Origin: Yuukianura sp. NJ FZ-2021 | Taxonomy: Eukaryota | Assembly: GCA_046563655.1 (NCBI GenBank) | Contig: CM102290.1 | Coordinates: 4,216,001-4,280,000 of the forward strand | Direction of reading: 5' to 3' | Length of the DNA: 64,000 nucleotides | Shown here: positions 37,801-48,812 of the stretch, one piece after another | How positions within the stretch are numbered: position 1 is the first letter of the stretch | Layout of the letters: every line of letters begins with the position of its first letter | Program-made: the position numbers and the translations under genes | The notes under the pieces: generated by a model | What the model was told of the DNA's origin: nothing | Seen by the model: only the letters and a program-made list of their open reading frames with translations | Databases searched by the model: none

Positions 37801-40800
37801 TTTCCAATTGATTTATGGACCAACTAAACTCCATCGCACAACTTACAGACTTTTAATGGGGAAAGTACAGAGAGTGAAAGTTGGAGAATCCACTTCAGTT
37901 TTAAAGTTCCAAACTGGAAGTAACTCGGGTCAAAATTTTTCAGTGTTGTGAATTTTCTTTTGAAAAATGGTGGATTTTCTCTAAACCGTTTTTGTTCTGT
38001 GATTTCAGGACGGGATTTATGGGTCATGGTTGTATCCAGCTCGCCTTACAAGCACGTCCTGGGCGTTCCAAATGTGAAGTACGTAGCCAACATGCATGGC
38101 AATGAGGCAGTTGGAAGAGAACTCATGCTTCATCTCATCAATGTAAGCAAACTTTCTCCTCTGTTTACATATTCAATCAGAGAAAGTCCGTCGAAATAGC
38201 ATGACTCCGAATAGAAAACGCTGATTTGTATTTTACAATAAGCTTAGGAAGAGAAATTTTGTTGGAAAATACGCTTTGGCGTCGACCTAAATCTAAATTT
38301 GTAATTTCGAAAACCGATGAAATGCTTCCAGGAACTTTTCAGATAAGCTTCGAAGTAAAAATTCCCAACATTTCAACTTGGCTCTGAAAAGTGAAAGTTG
38401 ACATGTGACAGTTGACTTTTGGTTTTGTTGTTACGATTCCACTTCCTTGAACCCAACTTTGGACACTTTTGACAACAGAATAAAACTGGAAGGGCTCATG
38501 GGATGAACTTGTCTCTGGACCAGGAAAAAATTTAAACCAATACAAAAAATTTCAAAAAAAAAATCCAAAAAATATTTGTAAAAATAACTTCAAAAGTGGG
38601 AGTTAAAAGTTAGGCTCGCCCTTGACAATTTCTTTTTTAAAATTTAAAAAATTCAAAACGGCTAAAACTGTATTCAACATTTAAAATTGTTTTCCAGCAC
38701 CTCGTGCGGGAGTATGGAAGAAACGACTATGTAACTTGGCTTCTGGATAACACACGGATCCATATCATGCCTTCGATGAATCCTGATGGTTTTGAGGTAG
38801 CAAAGGAAGGTTCCTGCGACGGTGGTCTTGGACGGTGAGTTTCTATTTCATCAAACCATTGTTCTCACTTTGAACAGCACTCTCGACAAATTTGAAAATG
38901 ATTTTAGAAGAGATCAAAAGCACTTTGAAGGGCCCTTTGTTAAAGGAATCCTTGGGGAAAGTTTGGAGACAAAAGAATTATTATAGACCAGGGTCTCTTT
39001 GTTCTACTCTCAAAGTCTCTTCCTTCAAAAACTCGAACTTTGACTCAATTTTTAACGAGGAAACAAATCAAGCTTAAAAAGTTAATTTTTTCATTAAGTT
39101 AGTAGCAAGTACAGCTTTGAGCCTTTTCGGCAACAAAAAACTTTCACCAAGAGTGGAAAATGGGAAATCCCATTTTCCGGCCTTTGGCTTCATGTCGTTT
39201 CTTTTTTAAATTAAACCGGAAGAGCTACCATCCCATTTTTTTTACATTATAGACATGCAATTCCTAAGTTCGATCAGGATAGTAATTTATAGTATTTGAT
39301 ACTGTGTCGAAATGCCGACGCAGTTCATTCTGACCTACAAATTGCTAGCGTACAAAACTTTCACTTGTTTGTACAAGACAAGTCATGTGAAATACTCATC
39401 GTTGAGATGATAAAGTTGACTCGTCGATAAACTTATTCGTCTACATAGAAGTCGGTGTTCTGTTTTACTATTTGTTTTCTCTGTCATTTCCAGATACAAT
39501 GCCATGGGATTTGACTTGAACCGAAACTTTCCCGACTACTTCAAGCAGAATAACGCTCGATCTCAGCCTGAAACTGAGTTTGTTAAAGATTGGATCTCCA
39601 AGATTCAATTTGTACTCTCAGGAAATATTCACGGTGGAGCTCTGGTGGCTTCCTACCCTTTCGACAATACTCCAAATTCAAGTGAGTAACTCATCAACTG
39701 TAAAGTTTGACCTCTTGGAATGAAATTGGAGGAGATCTTTGACCTCTCAAAGGATTCTAGCTCGTGAATTTCTCTGCCTAACTATGTCTCTATCTCTCTT
39801 GACTTTATGCTTGCTTTCCAATTTTACGCCGACTTAATCCTCAGAGTACTGCCGCTCATCCTCAACCTGCCAATGTGAGTATCCAGACACCTTTCTCTCT
39901 AATTAACTTTCAGATCTGTGACAAAGTTAGAAAGTTGAACAAAATCAATAATGCCATCTTTCCCACGCATTGTCCTCCATGCGATCTTCCCAATTCTAGC
40001 CCAGCGGAATTTCAAATCTGGAAAATTTGTGCTTTGTCTTTCTGCTGGTTTTTAGTTTGAGGAGTGTAGTTGTTGACTTATCATCGTCATGAAACCGAAT
40101 ATCTTCATTTTCAGAATCTAGAAAGTTGAGTGAAAGTATTTTTGTGCTGATCCTCGGGGGATATGAGCTAGTTAGGATCCTCGTCCTGGAAGGCGTTTTT
40201 TTCGGTGTTCTATCTTATAAGTGTGACTCCCTCTCTAATACCACCACTACCAGCATTTGTTACATCTATAGCTTAAAAAAATGGTGAGCACTTGACTGTG
40301 TTTTAGTCTTAGTCGCTCCAGGAGACTCGAACACTCGGAATCCTTCCCAGTAGGGAAAAGGCTACTCTGCTCTGGAAATTTAGTTTAGTTCATTTGGCAG
40401 AAGTGGGAAAGTAAGAAGTCCATTTGGTTGAACATAGACAACGGGATATGCTCTCTTGCTGGAGATTAGGGCGGGAGATTTCCTTTTGCCAAAGAAGCGG
40501 AACAAATAGGAGAGAAAGCTATTAGAATTCCATTAAGTGGCAAACAAAGTGGAATGCTTTCTCTTAAGATGTGGACTTTTGGCACAGAAAACATTTGTCT
40601 GTCTCCCAGGGTCACACTTTCCAGATAAGCATTTCATTTGAAGACAATTCGGGAAATGCGGGATTTAGTTTAATTAGAGATCCATACTCACACTAGAATC
40701 TATTAGGCAGAAAGCTTTATTTTATTAATGAATCTGCTTACAAGCCTTTCCTTTCATTCTCCGCTGGGAACGCTGCAGGAAGTCATGGAACTCTTCTGGC

Positions 40801-42344
40801 TTCTCTGAAAACAATTCAGACTATTTTTCAAACACATTTTCGGGGTTTGATTTAATGTTTTGTCTTTAGTTTTTAAAAGCTTGTCATCCACCAAGTCGTT
40901 GTCGCCAGACGATGACGTTTTCAAGCACTTGGCGACTGTGTATGCTACGAACAATCATCGCATGTCTGAGGGAAGAGCTTGCAAGGGCCAAGAGCCATTC
41001 AAAAATGGGATCACAAATGGCGCGGACTGGTATCCACTAATAGGTGAGTATATAAAAAAATAATATCAATACGAAAGTTTAACTTACCAATGCAAACATA
41101 TTTACACTTCCGCTATTTTAAGACATAGTTAACAGAAGTAAAATTGTGGGGAACCAACCTCTAAATTAAAAAAGTGCACAAATAAGCTACAATAATTATG
41201 AATTTCAGAAAAACAAAATTCAATCTTTTCAGGTGGCATGCAAGACTACAACTACGTTTGGCATGGTTGCATGGAGATTACGCTCGAGATCTCCTGTTGC
41301 AAATATCCACCAGCATCAGACTTGCGGAGATACTGGCAGGAGAATCGTGAAGTGAGCCACTTTGTACTAAAATAAAATACAGAAATACCTACTCAATCAC
41401 TCCTCCAATTCCCTACCCTGCCATCCATCTTTTGTCGAAACAGTTCGTCCGTATGTCTCTTTCGTTCTAAATCCCATGTATCTTCCGGTAGTCATTAATT
41501 AGATTTCTCGGAGAAGCTCACCGTGGCGTTCGAGGCTTTGTTCTGGATGAAGCTGGAAATCCAGTAGAAGGAGCCACAATGAAAGTTAAGGACAAAGAAG
41601 TAGGCTTTCGAACCACAAGATACGGTGAATTCTGGAGAATTCTTCTGCCTGGAAGGCATGTGTTGGAGGTAAGCCTATTTCGAACGGTGGTGTTCATGCT
41701 TCATTCAGCACAAATTTTTTATCTAAAATAGAAAGCCAAGGATTCTGTAAACGCCATAAGAAGAATAGTAGACTGCAAAAAATCATTCCGCACTGTGGTT
41801 CAAGCTTAGATTTTTTGAAAATTTTGAAAAAAAATTGATTAAATTAAAGTTGACTGTGTTAGGAGTTGATGGAGAACTGAGGCGTATAGGATTCACATGT
41901 AAAATGCTGTTTGTAGGTTTACGCTGATGGATTTGATCCAAAAGAAGTAGAGTTTCAAGTTACGGAAGAGAGACCAAGTGTTCTGAATGTGACTCTATCT
42001 GCAGCTTCGGTAAGTTTGTTCAAAACCGTGAAATTCAATATTCTGGTTGAATTCAAAGAAGCGTTAAGCGGTTAGACATTAAGCACACAAGCGGAAAGGT
42101 GTTACGAAAGACAATTAATGGAACAGAGGGTGTGGGTGCTTTGTAGGAACCGCTTTCTGGGGTACTTGCTACAATTTTCACAAAGCCTTGGGGAAAGCGA
42201 ACGCACGTCCACTACCAGGACGAGCTTCCGACATCCTATACCTTCACCATCACTTCTTCCGCTTTGTCTTTCCTCCCAGGAAGTCTAATGCTGGCAGTTG
42301 CTCTACTTTCAACTACTCTTCTCCAGCCAATCTACCACACCTAA
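34896..42344 (+). CDS. Active M14B zinc metallocarboxypeptidase (single-domain CPD/CPM-like, Drosophila CG4678 type); ~512 aa (+10 with microexon)
   Basis: Exons: 34896-35046, 35162-35329, 38009-38142, 38698-38834, 39494-39681, [39845-39874], 40870-41043, 41233-41351, 41492-41668, 41917-42009, 42147-42344. It has an N-terminal signal peptide, the motifs [42 protein letters not shown] and [13 protein letters not shown], a transthyretin-like domain ([10 protein letters not shown]) and a hydrophobic C-terminus. Confidence 0.93.
39845..39874 (+). other. 30-nt in-frame cassette microexon (K)YCRSSSTCQ of the active carboxypeptidase
   Basis: Acceptor cttaatcctcag and donor gtgagt, phase 1 on both sides, matching the flanking exons (NTPNS | xFKSLSS). 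No stop codon. Confidence 0.7.
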
Positions 42345-44613
42345 CAACTCTATGCCAATCTGCGAAGTTCCACACTTTCACTGACTGAGTCAAGTCCTAG
42401 TAACTTCATGATCTAGTCAGATTTTGAAACAGATTGATACTCAATCCCTACTTTACTATTCCAATCATGACTTTTCAAAACAGAAAGTGTTTTCCCAAAT
42501 GTCGAAATTGGTTGAACTGAGGACAACACTATTTAACATGCAAACAACCCAAGCCGAATTCAAGCTTTGCACGAATCGTAAAAAACTGCTTCATGTTTTG
42601 AAATTGAAAAGAGATCAAACTTTCTCATGAGATTAGACAGTAGAAATTAAGTCTGAGTCATCAAAAGATGTATCATGAAACACATTTGTCAAAACCATTT
42701 TCAATTGACATTTCCACTATAAAGTGTCATTTTCTAAGACTCTAAAATTATAACATTAGAATTTGTTACAATTGTTAGTGTATTGCTCCAGTAAGTTTAG
42801 AGCTAAAAGTGATATTCCATATTAGTTAGCTTTAGATCATGGAGGTGCCTCGGGTAGTGTATGCGGGTGAACTTATTTCTACCAGCATTTTCCAATTACT
42901 AGTTTAATTACACAAGGCAATTAACTAAAGTAGTAGTAGTAAACACTTTTAGTCGACGCAGACAAATATTTTTGAGTGTCCTACTACTGCCTTTCGATAA
43001 CCTCAAGCCAACAGTTGTTAAAATGGAACCACTAATCTTTATTACACAACGTGTAGAAAGTCGAAAATAAAATATTGTTAACAGCGAAAAACGTTTGTTC
43101 AGTTTTATAAGCTCAGATTAGAACAGGTTAGAGACGCTGGAAGCGTTTTTGACTTGATTTGAAATGGTAACGAACCGATTTGGTTGAAAACATTAAACGA
43201 AATGAAACAAGGCACGCTAAAAAGTTTTGAAATAAAATGGTGAGATTTAACTTTAATTTGACACGAGAGAGGATTTGATGAGGAAATAGCGTTAGAAGTC
43301 ATCAAGGTAGAACACGTTGAAAGTGGTCTACTAGAAACCGAATTCGGTTTTATTACTACCCTGGAAATTACAGTTTCACCTTCCGATGGAACCCAGTCTT
43401 CTTCCTTCGAGCAAAGTTTGAAGTTTAATGACCAGGTCATTTCCCATTCCATTCCCTTTTCCACTAAATCCTTGATGTTGATGACCTTCATAAAGGACTC
43501 AACGAGGAATGAAAAAGAAGCCAATTTCAGTTCCTATTCTGCTTTTACCGGTACGGAATATGGTGAAACTTTTGAAAAAAAAACTTGCTTATACTTTGCT
43601 TCTAACTTTTTACGCGTCGCATATCTTTTAATGAATTGTGTAAATTAACTGCACTGCTTCACAACCAAGGTTCTTAATTAGCTTTCCTGTTCCTTTCTCT
43701 AGAAGAATTCCAAGTAACCTAAATTATTAATTTCTGTTTCAGAATTCTCAACCTCTTTTGCCTCCTCACTCGGTCAACTATGATGCTTCAGCTATAAATT
43801 TTCCAACTATTTAGAATTTTGTCTAGTAAACTTTCGCATTTAAATGAGGATGAGGGAAAGGCAGTCATGGATTACTCGGGCTCAAAAATTGGAAACTTTT
43901 TAACTTTTGCAAATAGTATTTATATGTTTAAAACTAAAAAAAAAACTTTTCCTAGCTTTCTCTTATTTTTGATTAAGTCACTCCAATTTGGTATTAATTA
44001 ACTTTCTTGATAAGGTTAAGAGATAAAGACTTGAATCAAATGGAGAAAAATAAAATTAATAAAAACTGAAACTATTGCTGAAAATAATTTTAAATTTTCA
44101 TCAAACAGACAAGACATCAATTTGGCCCTGGAATACCGTTGGCGGCGTCACCCGTAGTTTTTACAAAACCTTCAACCTCAACAACACAAGGTGGCTACAT
44201 CCTCAACAATTTTAATAAATTGGTCAATTCTGTTTTTGGATTTGGAAAGTAACTTCTTTATGTTTAACATTTATGGCGTACTCGACGCATTTTTTAATAC
44301 TATTGATTCGCTGTTAATTAGTCGAGTAAACTCTTTTTGCCTTTAGTTTTGAAGAATAATTATTTTGTTACAACTATTATATCGACTTTAATTTTCGCGC
44401 ACTATATCCCCATGGCAACATTAAACCTCTTTATTTATAAAAATTTATTTATGAAAAGTGTTAACCTCGAACAGATAATAAAAGTACTTCACTCGGCGCA
44501 AGCGAATAGTCGTCGTCAATCTAAATTTACCAGCATCTTATTTGCCACAAAATTCGTCGTCGTCATCCCAAATTTTGACCCCGTTCCTCAAATTTCAATC
44601 GGTCCTTCTGAAA

Positions 44614-46718
44614 ATGGTAACTGAGCAATCACTTAATGCATTTTGCTTAAAGAATTACAGCTCAAATGTCTTCATCTGACTGTCTGTAGCCCAACCGAGA
44701 ATGCATTTCAATTCATTTGGGACAAGCTGGCGTTCAACTGGGCTCTCACCTATGGCAACTGTACTGTTTGGAACATGGAATTCTACCGAATGGGACGATG
44801 CCATTTTGTCCTCATGATGTAGCAAGACACAAGTCGGGTGCAGCTTTCTTCACTGAACATGAGAAGGGCACTTATGTTCCAAGGGCTCTCTTTGTCGACC
44901 TTGAACCGAGCTGCATTGGTAAACTCAACAAAAGAAAACGGAATCTGAGTTCGGATGTCATCTCGGAATTCCGTTTGTCATAATTTTTTCGAATTGCAGA
45001 TAGAATTCGGACAGGATGCTTCCGCCATTTGTTTCATCCGGATGGTTTTGTTGTCGGAAAGGAAGATGCAGGGAATAACTTTGCAAGGGGATATCACACT
45101 TTGGGAAGAGAGTACATTTGGATCACCATGGAGCGAGTCCGTCAAATGGCTGAACATTGTGACAGTCTTCAAGTGGGGGAAAATTCGAAATTTTAGATTC
45201 AAAACTCAAAAAAGTTTCCATACTGTGAATAACCTCTGATGACTTTCTCTCAGGGATTTTCCGTCTTCCGTAGCACTGGCGGCGGTTGTGGATCAGGCTT
45301 TGGAGCCCTGCTGTTCGACAAGCTGGATTTGTATTTTGGAAAAAAGTCAATGCTCTCCTACGACATCATTCCGTCGCCTCAAGTAACACTTTTAGAAAAC
45401 CAATTTTAGTTTTTGTTTTTTTAATTAGTGAGTTTTAACAAATATGATTAGATCAAAAGTGAGGTCGTGGAGCCATATAACGCCGTGTTTTCCAACCATG
45501 CTGGAGATGGAAGGATCAACGTTTCGTTCATTTTTGACAACGAATCCATAGCTGACGTCTGTACTCGATGTCTTGGTGTGCCAAATCCAATGTTTGACAA
45601 CTACAATCGGCTGTTGGCGCAAGTCATCAGTGGGATGACGTCAATGATGCGTTTGGAAGGCAAAAAAATATTTTCTTCCCAAAGTCTTCAGTTTTGGAAC
45701 TTAAGTACTAATTTGAACCTTGGTTTTAAATTTAGGTGCAAGTATGAATGAGTTTCAAACAAATTTGGTTCCGTTCGCTCGGATTCGCTACCCAATGGCT
45801 GCCTATGCTCCAGTTTTAACGCCAGACATGGTGTGTCATAGTTTTATAATAAAAACGAAACGTTCAAAAAAAGTTACAGTTTTCGATTTTAGGCAATGTA
45901 TGAAGAGTTTGCCATGCCTACACTTTTGGCCAACATTTTTGACCGCCGAAATCAATTGATTCGATGCAATACTCGACTGGGAAAATACATGGCCATGTCA
46001 TTTACGTTCCGTGGGAACGTCTCTCCCAAAGAAGTGGGCAGTGCCAAAACCATGCTCCAAAACTTCCCACCCAAAATCCGATTTGTTAAATGGGCACCCC
46101 CGGGATTCAAGGTGATTGATTAACTTTCAACTTAATTTTCCCCGCCGGGAACGTGACTCATTCACTACCATTCTCAGTTCCATTTCTTATTTAGGTCAAC
46201 CTCTCTCCCATAGCTCCGTTGGCTATTCCAGAAACCGAAATGGGCGCTTGTACAAGATCGGTTGTTGCCATGGTAAGTTAGTACTTAAATCTCAATTTGA
46301 AATTTCATTCTAATTTTTATGAAATTTTAGATGAACACGACTGCTCTGGCAGAAACCTGGGAGTGTCTCCGTCGAAAATTTGCTGTTATGTACCAAAAGC
46401 GAGCATTTGTACATTGGTACACTGGCGAGGGTAAACAGGGAAAATTAGAGTGGAATCTAAATGTAAGAGTCTTTATCCTAATAAGAGTTTGCGGCATTTG
46501 TAGGCATGGAGGAATCCGAATTCGAGCAAGCGCATGAAAATATGAAGGCCCTGCGCATGGACTACATGGATTTGGAACGCGACAGCTTCTGTCCTAACTT
46601 GGCGCAGAAGGATAACGTTGTAGTTCAGGGTGAAAAATTAAGCGTCGCCTCGCTGTTTAAAGGCACGAGTCCACCAGAAATGCCTCGCCCTTCTCCCATT
46701 CCTGAGTACCCATGTTGA
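44614..46718 (+). CDS. Highly divergent alpha-tubulin; ~482 aa
   Basis: Ten exons: 44614-44616, 44690-44918, 45000-45172, 45254-45382, 45452-45659, 45736-45830, 45893-46111, 46195-46272, 46331-46430, 46504-46718. Alpha-type motifs [58 protein letters not shown] and [18 protein letters not shown]. Confidence 0.9.
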
Positions 46719-46791
46719 ACTCAACGTGAAAAGCGAAGGTCGTAACCTTAAAAGAGACAATGACATTCCAAGCATTCATTTCATCGCTTTC

Positions 46792-46950
46792 ATCTTCAAA
46801 ATTCTCCGACAATATTCAAAATTCTCCAAAGATCTTCAAAATTCTCCGACAATATTCAAAATTCTCCAAAGATCTTCAAAATTCTCCGACAATATTCAAA
46901 ATACTCCAAAGATCTTCAAAATTCTCCGAGAATATTCAAAATTCTTCAAA
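46792..46950. repeat. Minisatellite: ~4 copies of a 40-bp unit made of two alternating 20-bp subunits
   Basis: atcttcaaaattctccgaca / atattcaaaattctccaaag alternate with few substitutions, immediately downstream of the tubulin stop. Confidence 0.9.
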
Positions 46951-48392
46951 AATTCAAAACCGAGTAAATTAGAAATTGAGTAAAATTTTTAAACCGAGAA
47001 AACCTGTGAAACCAATTTTAGTGAAACTTTGTTTTATTTGTTGTTTTTTTTTCAGAATTTAATTAAGTTATAGTAGTTTGCTTGTGTATTCTAAAAGTAG
47101 CTGACTGGCTGCTACAAAGTTAATTTTAAGTTATTATTATTTAGTTACAATTCTTACTTTTTAGTAGCATAAACGAACTAAATTAAAATTCAGCTGTGTT
47201 TGACATACACTTTATGAGACTTTTAGAGCAGGAGTTGTAATTATTGTTTTGTAGCTATTTTCATAATAATGGGAATAAATATAACTGTTTCATGGAGGTT
47301 AAGACGCTTTAAAACGTTTTCAACATTCTCAACACCCGAATATTTTTGAGTTTTTGCTAAAAGAAGAGAGCGGCAGTATTGTGTAGCCTCTTGTTTCGAT
47401 ATCGTTTCAGGAATCCAAAACTCCCACGCATCGACGCATCGGTAGTCACTTGACTAAACAACTACAAAGAATGAACCTTGACCTCTCCTTGCGCCATTTT
47501 GTAATACATGTAAATGACGAAGGAGAATTTGTCTTCTGTTTAATTACTCAAGAAAAGCTTCCAGATTTTTTTAGAATTTGAAAAACTAAGACATTTGATT
47601 TATGGAGCCAAGGAAAATAAAGTTAGCAAAACTACTTTCTCCATGTCTTTGACTTTTGTTAAGCGAGGTCAATGACCCAGCAAAAACACTTGGAAATTGG
47701 GACCAGTTGAAGTGGACATTGGAAACACGGGGAAACGAAGTTCTTATGTCTATTTAGTATACACTTCCAGCTAGAAAGTAACGTTCACATTTAGAGTTAA
47801 TGCAACATTCGACGTAAAAGCGACATTTCTGAAAATTTCCCATTTTAGAACATGGGCGAAGTGCTAAAAATTTTGACTTTGAGAACAAAATAACGTTTTG
47901 AGGCGCTCTGCTTACTAACCATTTAGGCCCAAACTTTACGACGACTTCGTTTCTGCTGCTCTCAAGCGTTCATCCAATACAGTTTTTTTTGCTCCAGTTT
48001 ACATTAAGTTGAAGAAAATTTAAACAAGCGCTTTTTTTTAGAAAAACAATTTTGAAAAAAGGTGGCGAACGTGTGAGAACAGAGAAACAAGGCTTCGAAA
48101 ATTTCGGACTAACAGTTCGGTTCTACTGAAAGGTAGGTCATAATGACTATAGTAACATTGCAAAAGCTTTTTGCTAGCAAGACAAAGTGAAAGTTACAAC
48201 ATTAGAAAATTTGTGCAAATTGGAGCTAAGGAGTGAGCTGGTAATGCTAGTTAAGTTAAGAAAAATTGTTATAACTTTTGTATTTATGTGAGTTTAATTT
48301 GTAAGAGTCTTAGCCCATACTGTGGAGAGACATTAAAGTTAAATTTAGTTGAGGCACAGCTAATTTAGTACAATCCTACACAAATCTTTGCC

Positions 48393-48812
48393 GGTATCTC
48401 CTTCACTTTGTTAGGCTACACCCTAACCTAACCTAAACCTAACTACGGTTTTTAACTTAATTGAGGTTTGTAATTGCTTCTCACTAAAAATGGAGTCAGT
48501 ATTGGCACTCCGCAGATTACCTTGGAAGAATTTCATTTTTCATACATCATTTTTTTGTCACAAAAGGCAACTTTTTTTTGTCTCCAACAACACAAAGAGC
48601 AACATAAGGAGAAAGTACACAGGAGGATACGCAGAGATTAAATCAAAGTGAAAACATATAGTTACTGCAATTACTGGTAATCAATGAGTTGAACTTTGAC
48701 TTTTACAGAATCTCGGAAATATGCTAGGTTTAGGTTAGGTACTAGTCCAGTCTAATTTTAGGTTAAACTTTGATAGAGGAAATGGCTATTGCACAGAATC
48801 TGAGGAGATACC
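48393..48812. mobile_element. Degenerate MITE with subterminal CCTAA/TTAGG tracts
   Basis: Terminal inverted 10-mer ggtatctcct / aggagatacc. Inverted subterminal tracts cctaacctaacctaaacctaac (~48422) and ctaggtttaggttaggt (~48724). Flanks aatctttgcc / aatactttcc resemble a decayed ~10-bp TSD. Confidence 0.5.

Noticed and set aside
39155..39178. Short perfect hairpins (also near 16773-16809 and 16819-16848)
   Set aside because: Too short and isolated to assign. Bacterial-type terminators are irrelevant in this eukaryotic context.
43105..43524. 139-aa minus-strand ORF
   Set aside because: TTG start and no recognisable domain. Better explained as the antisense shadow of the open plus-strand frame at 43268-43550, or chance.
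46726..46983. Repetitive ORFs and a CRISPR-like look
   Set aside because: Tandem minisatellite with no unique spacers, in a eukaryotic context with no cas genes.
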